A DNA stretch of 64,000 nucleotides. It comes from Chiloscyllium plagiosum. Taxonomy: Eukaryota. The DNA lies in NCBI RefSeq assembly GCF_004010195.1, contig NC_057718.1:77500274-77564273 (forward strand), given 5' to 3'. Positions 50,659-63,200 of this stretch are shown here, in pieces. A program made the translations under genes and the position numbers. The notes beneath the pieces were generated by a model. It made no database searches. It worked only from the letters and a program-made list of their open reading frames with translations, and was not told the origin of the DNA. Positions within the stretch are counted from its first letter, which is position 1. Each line of letters starts with the position of its first letter.

Positions 50659-51950
50659 CAATTACAGACCAGTAAGTCTCACATCTGTCATCTGCAAGGT
50701 GTTAGAAAGGATTCTGAGGGATAGGATTTATGACCATCTGGAAGAGCATGGCTTGATTAAATGCAGTCAACACGGCTTTGTGAGGGGCAGGTCATGCCTC
50801 ACAAACCTTATCGAGTTCTTTGAGGGTGTGACTAGAAAAGTTGAAGAGGGTCAAGCTGTGGATGTGGTGTATACGGACTTCAGCAAGGCATTTGATAAGG
50901 TTCCCCATGGTAGGCTCATTCAGAAGGTCAGAAGGAATGGAATTCAGGGGAACTTAGCTGTCTGGATACAGAATTGGCTGGCCAACAGAAGACAGCGAGT
51001 GGAAGTAGAGGAACAATATTCTGCCTGCTAGTCTGTGGTGAGTGGTGTCCTTGGGCCTCTACTGTTTGTAATTTTTATTAATGACTTGGATGAGGGGATT
51101 GAAGATGGGTCAGCAAGTTTGTAGAAGACACAAAGATTGGAGGTGTCATTGACAGTATAGAGGGCTGCAGCAGGACATTGACAGGATGCAGAGATGGGCT
51201 GAGAGGTGGCAGATGGAGTTCAACCTGGATAAATGCGAGGTGATGCATTTTGGAAGGCCGAATTTGAAAGCTAAGTACAGGATTAAGGATAGGATTCTTG
51301 GCAGTGTGGAGGAACAGAGGGATCTTGACGTGCAGGCACATAGATCCCTTAAAATGGCCACCCAAGTGGACAGGGTTGTTAAGAAAGCATATGGTGTTTT
51401 GGCTTTCATTAACAGGGGGATTGAGTTTAAGAGTCGTGAGATCTTGTTGCAGCTCTATAAAACTTTGGTTGGACCGCACTTGGAATACTGCGTCCAGTTC
51501 TGGTCGCCCTATTATAAGAAAGATGTGGATGCTTTGGAGAGGGTACAGAGGAGGTTTACCAGGATGCTGCCTGGAATGGAGGGCTTATCTTATGAAGAGA
51601 GGTTGACTGAGCTCAGACTTTTCTCATTGGAGAAAAGGAGGAGGATAGGGGGCCTAATTGAGGTATACAAGATAATGAGAGGCATAACATGAGGGGTCAT
51701 AGTTTTAAGCTGATTGGAGGAAAGTATAGAGGGGATGTCAGAGGCTGGTTCTTTACACAGAGAGTTGTGAGAACATGGAATACGTTGCCAGCAGCAGTTG
51801 TGTAGGCAGGGTCATTGGGGACATTTAAGAGACTACTGGACATGCATATGGTCACAAACATTTGAGGGTGCATGCATGAGGATCAGTGGTCGGCACAACA
51901 TCGTGGGCTGAAGGGCCTGTTCTGTGCTGTACTGTTCTATGTTATATGTC
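50659..51950 (+). mobile_element. 5'-truncated CR1 (RT to 3' tail)
   Basis: NYRPVSLTS, SQHGFVRGRSCLTNL, DFSKAFDKV, LEYCVQFWSPY; tail ttctatgttatatg. Confidence 0.93.
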
Positions 51951-52019
51951 TAGAACTCTTTTTGAATTTAATGACATAGAAAGGGAACACATTTCGGTCA
52001 CTTAATCTACACCATCAAC

Positions 52020-52170
52020 ACCCTTTCTTCCCCACTATTGCTATACAGCATGGAAACTGATCCCTCACATCAAGTCTGATGAAGAGTCATCTAGACTCAA
52101 AACATTGACTTGCTCTCTCTCTCCATGGATGCTGACTCACCCACTGTGATTTCCAGCACTTTTTGTTTCC
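52020..52170 (+). mobile_element. Penelope-derived tail with hammerhead-like motif (third family)
   Basis: CAAGT-CTGATGA-A-GAGTC-atcta-GACTC-AAAA-CATT-GACTTG at 52071-52112, followed by ggatgctg..tttccagcac. Confidence 0.7.
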
Positions 52171-53019
52171 TGTATCTTCATTAATTTGCTCCTACGTTTT
52201 AAGTTAACATCTACTGTGGTGTGGGCAATCCATATGAAGAACTCACAGCACATGGTTAGAACAGCAATCAAAATCATTTAGTTTCAGGAGAAATACAAAA
52301 AGTCCTTTCATCATGAGCAATCATCCTTATGCTTGGGAAGAGATTACAATTAGCTTAACTTTTTCTGAGGTCTTGAATGCTCTGCTTGTAGGGTAAAGGA
52401 CAATCATTAATGCTGAAGTTCAGAAAAAAGTCGATGAGGCTTATGGCACAATTTAAGGTGATTAGATATACATTTTAACCAAGGTACTTTATATATTACA
52501 AAAGAGAAGGAAAGAAAGAGTGGAAAGTCTGGGTAAGCTTCTTGGGAGTGATGGAAAAACAAAACTTTTACAATGGCAATCAAATTATTATGGTAACATT
52601 CCTTGAGGTTGATTAGTATTGGTTATACATTTACAGGATCTCAACAAGTAATAGAAAGTGATATGACTCTTCTTTTACATTTATTAAGTTTAGTTTTGAA
52701 GCGAGACTCGATGATAAAAATGTTAGAATCAATTCCTTTACAGCAAGAAAAATGAACTTGAATCTTAGCTCCTTTAGAATCAAATTCTTGGAAAGTAAAT
52801 CACATGATGTAAAAGCTGCAAGAGAAAAATTTCCAAAGAGAAACCTTTTTTAATTTGGTGACATAGAAGGGGAACAAGGGAATTGGTTTTCAGTTAAAAA
52901 TAAACTCAGCAGTGTTTTATTGGTATCACAAAGAGAAACTAGCAGGCATCTTTATGATGCACTTTCATGATTTTTCTGTGTGGAGATTCTGCAGTATTTG
53001 AGAATTGTATGTCAGAGAG

Positions 53020-53520
53020 GTTCTGGGCACCTTATTAAAGAAAGAATATTAAAGCCCTGGAGAGAGTGCAAAGGAGATTTATTAGAATGATACCTGGAAT
53101 GTGGTATTTTACATTAAAAAAATTAGAGAAATTGGGCATAAGAGGTGACCTTATTAAGGTGTTCGAAATTACAAACAATTTTGAAGTAAACAAGAATACC
53201 CTTTTTCCACTCATAAGTATCTCACTAACTAAGGGTCACAATTTCAAGATTGTCAGCAAGAGAGCTAGAAGTGAAATGAGGAGAAAATTCTTTACTCAGA
53301 GAGTTGTTAGGATTTGGAATACACTGCCTGGGAGAGTGGTGAAGACAAATTATATTTGACATTTTAAAAAAGATCTGGACATAGATTTGGAAATTATGAA
53401 TTTAAAGGACAATGGAAATAGGGCTGGAGAATGGGATTAGCTGAATAGTTCTATCAAGAGCCAGTACGGACATGATAAGTTGAATGGTGTCTTTCTGCAC
53501 TGTAAATTTCTAAGATTCTA
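53020..53520 (+). mobile_element. CR1 3' fragment inserted in the copia RT
   Basis: QRRFIRMIPGM..RGDLIKVF..FFTQRVVRIWNTLP. Confidence 0.88.
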
Positions 53521-53671
53521 AAATACAGGAGTTTAAAATTGGTAGTCAGGCTTTCAGAGGATATTCTGGATATTTGGATGATACCTGAAATTTCTGTGGA
53601 TGGCAATGATAGTATTTTTTTAAAAATTGTCCTGCCTTTTGTAGCTATTCCTGACTAAGATTGAGGCAGGT

Positions 53672-53766
53672 ATTCCTGATGAAGGGCTTTTGCCCGAAAC
53701 GTTGATTTTACTGCTCCACGGATGCTGCCTGAACTGCTGTGCTCTTCCAGCACCACTAATCCAGAA
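53672..53766 (+). mobile_element. 95-bp hammerhead-containing Penelope-derived insert, 16-bp TSD
   Basis: TSD TAAGATTGAGGCAGGT (53656-53671) and TAAGGTTGAGGCAGGT (53767-53782); intact core CTGATGA-AGGGC-tttt-GCCC-GAAA-CGTT. Confidence 0.88.
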
Positions 53767-54221
53767 TAAGGTTGAGGCAGGTTTGTCCCAGATGCATCCA
53801 TCGGAGACAACCTGGGAGAAATCCATTCAGTGCAGCATTGCAGGCTGAGACATGCTCTATTTTTTTCTTGACAGCTACTGCCATATTTCAGGAGTTAAAA
53901 AGTTTCAAAGGTTTGATTAGATTGATTGGGGGGTAGTAATATTAAGTCCAGAGGTTCAAGTGGAGGGAATGACAGGATATCCAAATTGGGGAGCATTGTC
54001 AGGCTGGTGGCTGGTAGTGTTGGAAGTGTAGTGTTGGCATTGTTAGGTCCTGGCAACGAAGTATCTTGTCTGGAAGCAGTCAGGCTAACAGTGGGGAGAG
54101 TTCAGTATGTGGTTTAGATTAGGAATAGCACAATTGGCTGGGATTAGAAGTGCAAGGATTGATGGGACATCATGAATCTGACAATTTTGGGGGTAAAGGA
54201 GAAAGATATCCTGGAATTGGC

Positions 54222-54325
54222 TACAAAAATAGATATTGCTGGAAAAGCTCAGCGGGTCTGGCACAATCTGTGGACAGAGATCAGAATTAACATTTCTATC
54301 CAATGAACCTTCCTCAAAACTGAAA
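54222..54325 (-). mobile_element. Degenerate Penelope tail (family of 13240-13370)
   Basis: ttgctggaaaagctcagc.ggtctggca..tctgtgga; minus-strand TTGAGGA..GAAATGTTAA degenerate hammerhead. Confidence 0.65.
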
Positions 54326-55823
54326 TTGACTATCCATGATAAGACCAAAACTCTTGGCACAGACACGAGATGCCACCTTGTTGGACTGTGTGTATGGTGT
54401 GGGTCAGAGCCTGCACCATTCTCTGTCATGTGTGTCAGGGCTCAGGCATGTATGTGAGATACTGCATTGTGTCACAAGGTATTGAGAGGACATCAGAGGG
54501 TGTAGTACCCCATCTTTGCCCTGCACCATCCACCAACTCAGATAATCACACCCCAGTGTGTATGCATGTAACTACCTATTCAGGATCATTATTTTGTTTG
54601 AATACCACACAAGCACAAGAAGAGTTATTGGCAGTTGTGATAACACTGTAGAAGGTCAGGCCAATGCTGAGCCCCAAACCACGAAGGCTTTATGGAGTCA
54701 TCCATAAAGCAATAAAGACTGGAGGTTCAGCATGAAGTGCTTGATGATCTGGGTGAAATAACTGTGGAGAGTCTATTCAGGCCAGTATATCTCAATTGTT
54801 CTTTTGTATGCATGAATAGCCTGTTCTATTATGAGATAGGTGACTCTCAGGGAGAGCCAGATCCAGACCAGTCAGTGGATTATCCCTGAATTTGATTCAG
54901 CAGTGACAAGGGGGGACAAGGTGCCTGAAGTCTCCACCAGGTTCAGGTCACTCTCAATTCATCAGAGAGGTACAACTATGCCTCATGATGGCAGATGAAC
55001 AGGAGCTGTTTGTATTTAGGGCATGTCTGCCATGGACTGAGATTTTTCAGCAGCTCTGCCAGTGACAGCTGCACTTTGTGTTGCAGTTGTGACAGAGGAG
55101 GATCTGTCAGGGGGCATCACATTGTTGGGTCTGTCAAACTCACCCAACACGAGGATGCCCTCCACAATTCTCCAAGGCTAAGGTATTGCAAGGTCAGCAA
55201 CCTGCCACGATGTCACAGCTGACGGTGTCATAGGCAGTACTCAGAAAAGTGTACTTGGTGCACTTAGTACACAGCTGAAAGTTTTTTTAAATTGTGCAAA
55301 TTGATGAGGTGTGATTATTAAATGTTAGTTACGAAGCATCTCAATGATGGGTATCATGGTCGTTTACTTCTGTGTCACTTGGCAGGCCAATGGCTGCATG
55401 AACGTTTATAGTTTTCTCAGTCATCAGACTCACCATTGCCAAGGCCTTAAACACTGATGGTCTTAGTTTTCTGAGCAACTACTGATCAGGTGTGGTTTTA
55501 AGTGTGCCAAAATGCAGATCTCTGGTGGGGCAAATGGGAGATGTCATTCAGCTAATGAAAAGTTCCTCAAGATTGAAGACACCTGTTTTTCCCTGGTATC
55601 TAACTCCTGTTACTGTTCAGATGGTGCAGTCGGTTGATCTGAATACTTTTTGAAACCGTCATCAATATCCTGTTTGAAGGAAGCATCTGGTCCATGATCC
55701 TCCCACTGTCAGTGCTTCTACATTCTACAGTTCCAGGTTATTTAAATGTATCAGACAAGCACATAAGTGAAACCCTTGATGGTTTCACACCCAAGTGCTC
55801 AATTCCAATGGCCCCAGAGTTAT

Positions 55824-58112
55824 TGAACATAGAACAGTACAGCACAGTACACACCCTTTGGCCCTTGATGTTGTGCTGATCTTTTATCCTACTCTAAGTT
55901 CAGACTAACCTACGTACCTTTCAATGTACTATCTTCCATGTGCCTATCCAAGAGTTGCTTAAATGTCCCTAATTTACTTGACTTTACTACCACTGCTGGC
56001 AGTGCATTCCATGCACCCACCACTCTGTGTGTAAAGAACCTGCCTCTCATATCTCCCCAAACCTTCTCCAATCATCTCAAAATTATGGTCCCTCATGATA
56101 GCAATTTCTGCCCTGGGAAAAAGTCTCTGGCTGTCCACTTTAACTATGCCTCACATTATCTTGTACACCTCCATAAAGTCACCTCTCATTCTTCTTCACT
56201 CCAATGAGAAAAGCCCTAGCTCCCTCACCCTTTCTTCATAAGACATGGCCCTCCAGTTGAGGCAGCATTCTCGTAGATCTCCCCTGCACCCAGATTAAAG
56301 CTTCCACACCCTTCCTATAATGAGGCAACCAGAACTGAACACAATATACCAAGTGAGGTGTAACCAGGGCTTTACAGAGCTCTTTAACTCAATCCCCCTG
56401 CTAATGAAAGCCAACATGCCATCTGCCTGCTTAACAATTCTATCAACGTGGATGACAACTTTAAGGGATCTATGGACGTGAATCCCAAGATCGCTCTGTT
56501 CCTCCATACTGCCAAGAATCCTGCCTTTAACTCTGTATTCTGCATTCAAATTTTACCTTCCAAAGTGAATCACTTTACACTTTTCCAGGTTGAACTCCAC
56601 CTGCCCCTCATCAGCACAGTTCTGCATCCTTTCAAAGTTCCATTGTATCCTAGAACAGCCCTCCGTACTATCTACCACTCCACAAACCTTCATGTCAACA
56701 GCAAACTTACTAACCCACCCTTCCACTTCCTCACCCAAGTCATTTATAAACATCACATAGAGCAGAGGTCCCAGAACCAATCCCTGCGGGACACCACTAG
56801 TCACCGAGCTCCAGGCTGAATACTTTCCATTTACCATCATCCTCTATCTTCTGTGGGCAAGCCAATTCTGTATCCAGACAGCCAAAATTCACTGTATCCC
56901 ATGCCTCTTTACTTTTTGAATGAGCCTACTATGGGGAACCTTATCAAACACCTTGCTAAAATCCATGTACACCACAACCACTGCTCTACCTTCATCGATA
57001 TGTTTTGTCATGCCCTCAAAGAATTCAATAAAGTATATGAGACTGAATGTCTAATTCCCAGGATTATCCCTATTCCCTTTCTTGAACAAGGCAATAACAT
57101 TTGCCACCCTCCAATCATCTGGCACTACTCCAGTGGACAGTGAGGACACAAAGATCATCACCAAAGGCACAGCAATCTCTTCCCTTGCTTCCTGTTGTAA
57201 ACTATACTATATCCTGTCTTGCCCAGGGGATTTATCTATCCTTACGGTTTTTCAAAATTTTTAGTACATCCTACTTCTTAACATTTACCTGTTCGAGCAT
57301 ATCAGTCAGTTTCACGCTATCCTCAGAAACATCAAGGTCCCTCTCTTCAGTGAATACTGAAGCAAGGTATTCATTAAGGACCTCCCCTACCTCCTCTGAC
57401 TCCAGGTGCAAGTTCCCTCCCCTATACCTGATCGGCCCTACCCTCACTCTGGCCACCCTCTTGTTCCTCACGTAAGTGTAGAATGCTTTAGGGTTTTCCT
57501 TAATTCTACCCGCTAAAGCTTTTCCAAGCTCCCTTCTAGCTCACCTAATTCCATTCTTCAGTTCCTTCCTGACTACTTTGTAACCATCTAGAACGCTGTC
57601 AGATCCTTGCCTCCTTAACCTTAAGTAAGCTTCCTTCTTCCTCTTGACTCGAGAGATGTTCCACATCCCTTGTCACCCAAGGTTCTTTCAACCTACCATT
57701 CCTTTCTTGCCTCAGTGGGACAAACCTGTCCAGCACAATCAGCAAGTGCTCCCCAAACAACCTCACATTTCTGCCACGCATTTCCCAGAGAACATCTGTT
57801 CCCAATTAAGGCACCCCAGTTCCTGTGTAATAACATTGTAATTCCACCTTTCCCAATTAAATACTTTCCCATACCATCTACTCCAAGGTCAGGGAGTTGT
57901 GATCACTATCACCGAAATACTCTCCCACTGAGAGATCTGACATTTGGCATGGTTTGTTGACAAGCTCCAAATCCAATATGGCCTCCCCTCTAGTCAGCCT
58001 ATCTACATATTGAGTCAGGAACCCTTCCTGGACACACTTGACAACAACTGCTCCAACCAAACTGTTTGAACTAAGGAGCTCCTACTCAATATTAGGAAAG
58101 TGGAAGTCACCT
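55824..58112 (-). mobile_element. CR1 LINE (APE end to 3' tail) with internal deletions
   Basis: FLTQYVDRLTRGEAILDL, LNEYLASVFT, GVPQGLVLGPLL, KFAVD; tail gaacatagaacagtacagc. Confidence 0.92.
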
Positions 58113-58469
58113 TTCTAAATTATGTCACACCTTTGTACCATCCTTCATTCTAATGAATCCTCAATAGCTGGAGGATGCACTAACTTACAAATGCACCTTA
58201 ATAGGACTGTCAGTAGGATCTCTTCACAAGAAGGTCCAATTTCAATAATGAAGAATGCCCTGCATATCTCTCATCTGTTTCTGCTATTAGCTCCACTTCC
58301 TCAGACCTAGCTGTTCTTATCCACATTATCACATTAATCTGCTCTTCATTGGGATCAGCCAGTGTGGCAGTACATTAGCTGTAAATTGGCATGTTTGGAT
58401 ACTTGTAAGATGATGGATATAAATTTGGAAATGCCAAGTATGTGTGTAACATATAGGAACTGCAGAAAT

Positions 58470-59160
58470 CCGTTCCTACATACACCATGACTTGGGCAGA
58501 AATGTGGTGAGCAATATGCACACTATATAAGTGCCAAACAATGGCCATCTTCAACAGGAGGGAAGCAAGTAATCTCTCCTCACCATTCAATGGCATTACA
58601 ATTGCTGAATCCATCACCTATCAGTATCCTGGGAAGTATCATTGAGCTGAAGCTTAACTCAATTTCGAAAGCCTGTCCACCATTCACAAGGTGCAAGACA
58701 GGAATGAGATGGAATCATTTTGATATGTCTGGTGTGTGCAACTCAATATGTAGATATGCTGACTAGAGGGGAGGCCATATTGGATTTGGTGCTTGTCAAC
58801 AAACCATGCCAAATGTCAGATCTCTCAGTGGAAGAGTACTTCAGTGATAGTGACCTTTACTATACTCATGGAGAGGGATAGGAGCAGACGGTATGGGAAA
58901 ATATTTAATTGGGAAAGGTGGAATTACAATGTTATTAAGCAGGAACTGGGGTGCCTTAATTGGGAACAGATGTTCTCTGGGAAATGCATGGCAGAAGTGT
59001 GGAGGTTGTTTGGGAGCACTTGCTGATTGTGCTGGACAGGTTTGTCCCACTGAGGCAAGAAAGGAATGGTAGGTTGAAAGAACCTTGGGTGACAAGGGAT
59101 GTGGAAGCTTTAGATCATCCTGGAAAAAGTAGCCCACTTGATAAACCCACTGTCCATAAA
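58470..59160 (+). mobile_element. Old LINE RT C-terminal fragment (CR1/L2 group) interrupted at 58741-59104
   Basis: gcttgggcaga..tgg, aagtgccaaacaatggccatct, cattcaatggcattac..atcctggg, gatggaat; resumes at gaagct..atcctggaaaaagtagcccacttgat. Confidence 0.6.
58741..59104 (+). repeat. Inverted copy of the CR1 internal segment at about 57657-58015
   Basis: Near-identical translated pieces on opposite strands (e.g. SPKVLSTYHSFLASVGQTCPAQSASAP). Confidence 0.88.
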
Positions 59161-59239
59161 TAAAAATCTAGGCAAAAGTGAGGACTGCAAAAAATCTGTC
59201 TATCACAACTTATGACACAGCGTCCAGAGATGTCTGCAG

Positions 59240-60540
59240 TAAAGAATCCCACAATTTTACTACCCTCTGAGAAATGAATTTCCTCCTTATCTCTGTGTTA
59301 AATAGACCACTGCTTACTCTGAGATTATGCCCCCTGATCCGAGACTCTTCTACAAGTGGAAACAACCTCTTTGCAACCTGTACCTGTCAAGCTTCCTAAG
59401 AATCTTACATGTTTCAGTATGGTGGCCTCTCCCTTCAAAACCTCAGTAAGTACAGGCCTAACTTATTCAATCTCTCCTCATAAGACAGTCCCTGCATACA
59501 GAGTAGCCTGCCTAGTGAATCTTCTCTGGACGGTCTCTAATGCCAGTGTACCTTTCCTTAAAAAAAAGGTGGAAAACTATGTGTGGTCTGACTAATACCT
59601 TGTATGGTTTTAGCTACTTGAAATAAATGCCAGCATTCCATTTGCCTTCCTCATTATTTCCTGAGTTTACGTGCTAGCTTTTTGTGATTCATGCATAAGG
59701 ACCCCCAATTCCCTCTACAAAGCAGCTTTCCACAGTCTATCTCTATTTAAATAATATTCAAGTCCTCTATTCCTTCTGCCAAATTGCATAACCTCATTTC
59801 CTATACTGTATTCCATGTGCCAAGATTTTGCTGACTCATTTTACTTATCTATATCACTCTATAGACTCTGTGCCATTCTTGCTACTTGCCTTCCCATTTT
59901 TTTTGCGTCATTTGCAAATTCAGATATAGAACATTCACTTTCCACTTCCAAGTCATTAATAAATATTGCTAATAATTATGGCACTAGCATTCCTCCCTGT
60001 GGTTCTCCCATTAGTTTCTGTTTTCTTTTAGTTAACCAATCCTCTATCTATGCAAATACACTATCTCCAACATCATGTGTAGTACCTTATTGAATGACTT
60101 TCAGAAATCCAAACATATATTACATTGATTGGTTCACTTTATCTAACTGGCTTGTTAGCTCCTCTATTAAATTGTTAGGCATGATTTCCTCTTCATGAAG
60201 CCAGGCTGACTCTGTTTGATTACATTATGTATTTCTAAACACTTTTATTAATATTCACTAACACTGTACCAACAATGGACACTAAGATAATTGGCATAAA
60301 GTTACTTGTTTGTCTCACTTTTTTTGAATATTGGCAGTTTTCTAATTCTTTGAGATTTTTCCAGAATCTAAGGACTCTTGGAAGACTACTGCCAGTGCAT
60401 CCATCCCATTAGTTTCCGAGAATTCTTTTCTCGAGTGATAACTATTGTAGTCATTTGCACTCCCATTTATTCTGCCCCAACCCCTTGATTATTTTATATT
60501 TCCGGAATGTTATTTGTCCCTTCAAGCATGAAACTGACAT
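59240..60540 (-). mobile_element. Old decayed CR1 ORF2 fragment
   Basis: Reverse-complement similarity to 10170-11600 (gggcataatctcag, FANDAK, CLM, SLDSGK). Confidence 0.75.
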
Positions 60541-61189
60541 CTAGGGATTCTGGCACATGAGTCAAGAGCAGCCTCAGATACGAATCTGGGGGTTTCGGCA
60601 CAGTCTGGTGTCTGATTGTGGGGTCAGATTCAGGGTCAGATCATCTATCTCACTATCGTCTGGGAAGTGGGCATAATCAGTTCTGTAGGCCCAGTGCAAA
60701 CCTTCTGGGGATTTTGTGGATCAATCGGTCAGGGGGTCTTCAGGGGGACCAGTCAGTCATTGATGGGGGGTATAAATCAAAGTATAGTTCAGGGTCAGTC
60801 CTGGCAAACAGTAGATTGAATGTCAAGAATAGAGTATCAGAGGAAGCGATTGTGGTAGGGAAGTGTGGGGATTGAACCCTGAGAATCAGAAGCAGCATCC
60901 TAAGATGCAGAGGGTAAGAGGGAAAATTAAACATATAAAAGGGAAGCCATTACAGCAAGGAAGAACATGAGATGCTACAGGAAGTGGTTCCCGGTGGTCA
61001 CCACCACAGCCTCAATAGGGGTACTGTGTATCTTAATGGTGGGCAGGACTGAACTATAGTGATGGGTAAAGATGCAGGAATTACAATTGTAATTATAGAT
61101 ACTGGGTGGGATCATGTGGAAGGTAGTACAGATGGGCTGTCCAGGGTGATCAGGTAGAAAGGGACAGAGTTTCATGGGGAGGCTCTCAA

Positions 61190-63200
61190 AAAGTCTACAG
61201 CATGGAAACAGACCCTTAGGCCCAACCTGCCCATGCCACCCAGGTTTCACAATTAAACTAGTCTTGTTTGCATGTCTTTCATCCATAGCCCTCCAAACCT
61301 ATTCCATCCATGTACCCGTCTAAATATTTTTTAAATTGTACTCACTTCCACTACTACCTCTGGCAGCCTGTTCTAGACATTCACTACCTTCTATGTAAAA
61401 CAATTGTCCCTGTAGACCTTTTTCTATCTCTCTCCTCTCAAATCAGTACCATCTAGTTTCAGACTCCCCTGCCATAGGGAAAAGCTGTTGACTTTCTACT
61501 TTACCTATGGCTCTCATGATTTTATTGACCGCTATAAGGTAACCCCTCATTTTCCTCTGCTTCAGGGAAAATATCCCAGCCTATCCGACCTCTGCTCATA
61601 ACTCAAACCTTCCAGTCCAGGTAGCATCCTCCTAAATCTTCTCTGCACTCTTTCTAGTTTAATAATATCCTTCCTATAATAGGGTGACCAGAACTGCATG
61701 CAGTACTCCAAATGTAGCCTCACCAACATCTAGTACACTGCAAGAAGACATCACAAATCCTATACTCAATGCTGTGACTGGTGAAAGCAAGCATGCCAAA
61801 AGCTGTCTACCTGACTTCACTTTCAAAGAGCTATGAACCTGTACCCTTAGATCTCTCTGTTCTATAACAGGGCCCTACCACTGATTGTGTAAGTCTTGTG
61901 CAAGTTTTGGTTTACCAAAATGCAATACCTTGCATTTAACTAAATTAAACTCCTTCTGCCATTCCTTAGCCCATTGGCTCAGTTGATCAAGATCTCGCTC
62001 CATTCCCAGATAACCTTCTTCACTGCCCACTATACAACCACACTTGGTGTCATCTGCAAACTTACTAACCATACTTCCTAAATTCTCATCTAAATCATTG
62101 ATATAAATGATGAGTAACAGTGGACCCAGCACCGATCCCTGTGTCATACCGCTGGTCACAGGCCTCCAGTCTGAAAACAACCCTCCACCACCATCTTCTG
62201 TCTTCTACAATCAAGCCAATTCCATGTCTGATGGCAAGATCTTCCAAGATTCCATGAGATTTAACATTATCCAACAACTTGCCATGCTGTACCCTGTCAA
62301 AGGCCTTACTAAAGTCTGTGTAGACAAAGTCTGCTGCACTGCCCTCATCTATTTTCTTAGTCATGCCTTCAAAAAACTCAATTAAAATCATGAGACATGA
62401 TTTCCCACGGACAAAGCTATGCTGGCTATCCCAAATGAATTCTTGTCTCTCCAAATACCTATAGATCCTGTCTCTCAGATCCCCTCAAACCACTTATCCA
62501 ATATAGCAGTTGGGCTCACCAGTCTGTACTTTCCAGGAAGTTCTCTGCAGACTTTCTTAATAATGACACAACATTAGCTACCCTCTAACATTTAGGCACT
62601 TCACCCATGGCTGTCAATGATACAAATATCTCCACTAAGGGGCCTGCAATTTCCTCCCTAGTCTCCCACAAATTCCTGAGATGAAATTCATCAGTCCTGG
62701 TGATTTATCTATTGTAATGCATTTTAAGATTTCCAATACCTCCTCTTCTGTGATGTAGACTATCTTCAAAACATCATTATTTATTTCCACAAGTTTCCTA
62801 GCACCCATGCCTTTCTCCATGGTAAATACTGGCGAGAAATATTTAATTAGTGTCTGACTCATCTCTTGTGGCTCTGCACATAAATGACCTTGTTGATATT
62901 TAAGAAGCTTCATTCTCTCGCTAGTTAGTCTTTTGTACTTCGAGTACTTGTAGAATCTCTTTGGATTCTCCTTTACCTTATTTGTCAAAGCCATCTCATG
63001 TTCCCTTTTAGCCCTCCTGATTTCTCTCTTAAGTGCACTCCGACACTATACTCCACAAAGAATTTATTTGATCCCATCTGCTTTTACATGTCATATACCT
63101 CTTTTTTTCCTTGACCAGGATCTCAATAACTCTATCATCCAGATTTCCCCATTGCCAGCCTTAACCTTTACTCCATCAGGCGCATATTGGCTTGAACACT
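61190..63200 (-). mobile_element. 5'-truncated CR1 ORF2
   Basis: VKENPKRFYKY, DKSPG, SQHSFVRGKSCL, DFSKAFD, QGSVLGPLL, KFADDTK; tail tacagcatggaaacagaccc. Confidence 0.92.

Larger units (their letters stand above)
48205..53590 (+). mobile_element. Decayed Ty1/copia LTR retrotransposon, GalEa-like, with nested CR1/SINE/PLE insertions; no 3' LTR seen
   Basis: Short LTR plus Met PBS; gag-like GFEILPKLLDK..NTYENWSDF (about 49330-49490); FDSGC protease near 50395; YRFGD; IN C-terminus-like region 52300-52600; GIFMMHFHDF (HVDD-like RT) near 52945; FKIGSQA near 53532. Confidence 0.75.

Noticed and set aside
54330..55450. Possible PIF/Harbinger remnant (PHLCPAPSTNSDNHTPV; LRFFSS)
   Set aside because: Only vague resemblance; no TIRs, TSD or catalytic motif found
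60560..60830. Repeated GGGTCAG/GGGG motifs as a satellite or CRISPR-like array
   Set aside because: No fixed period or spacer structure, and the context is eukaryotic
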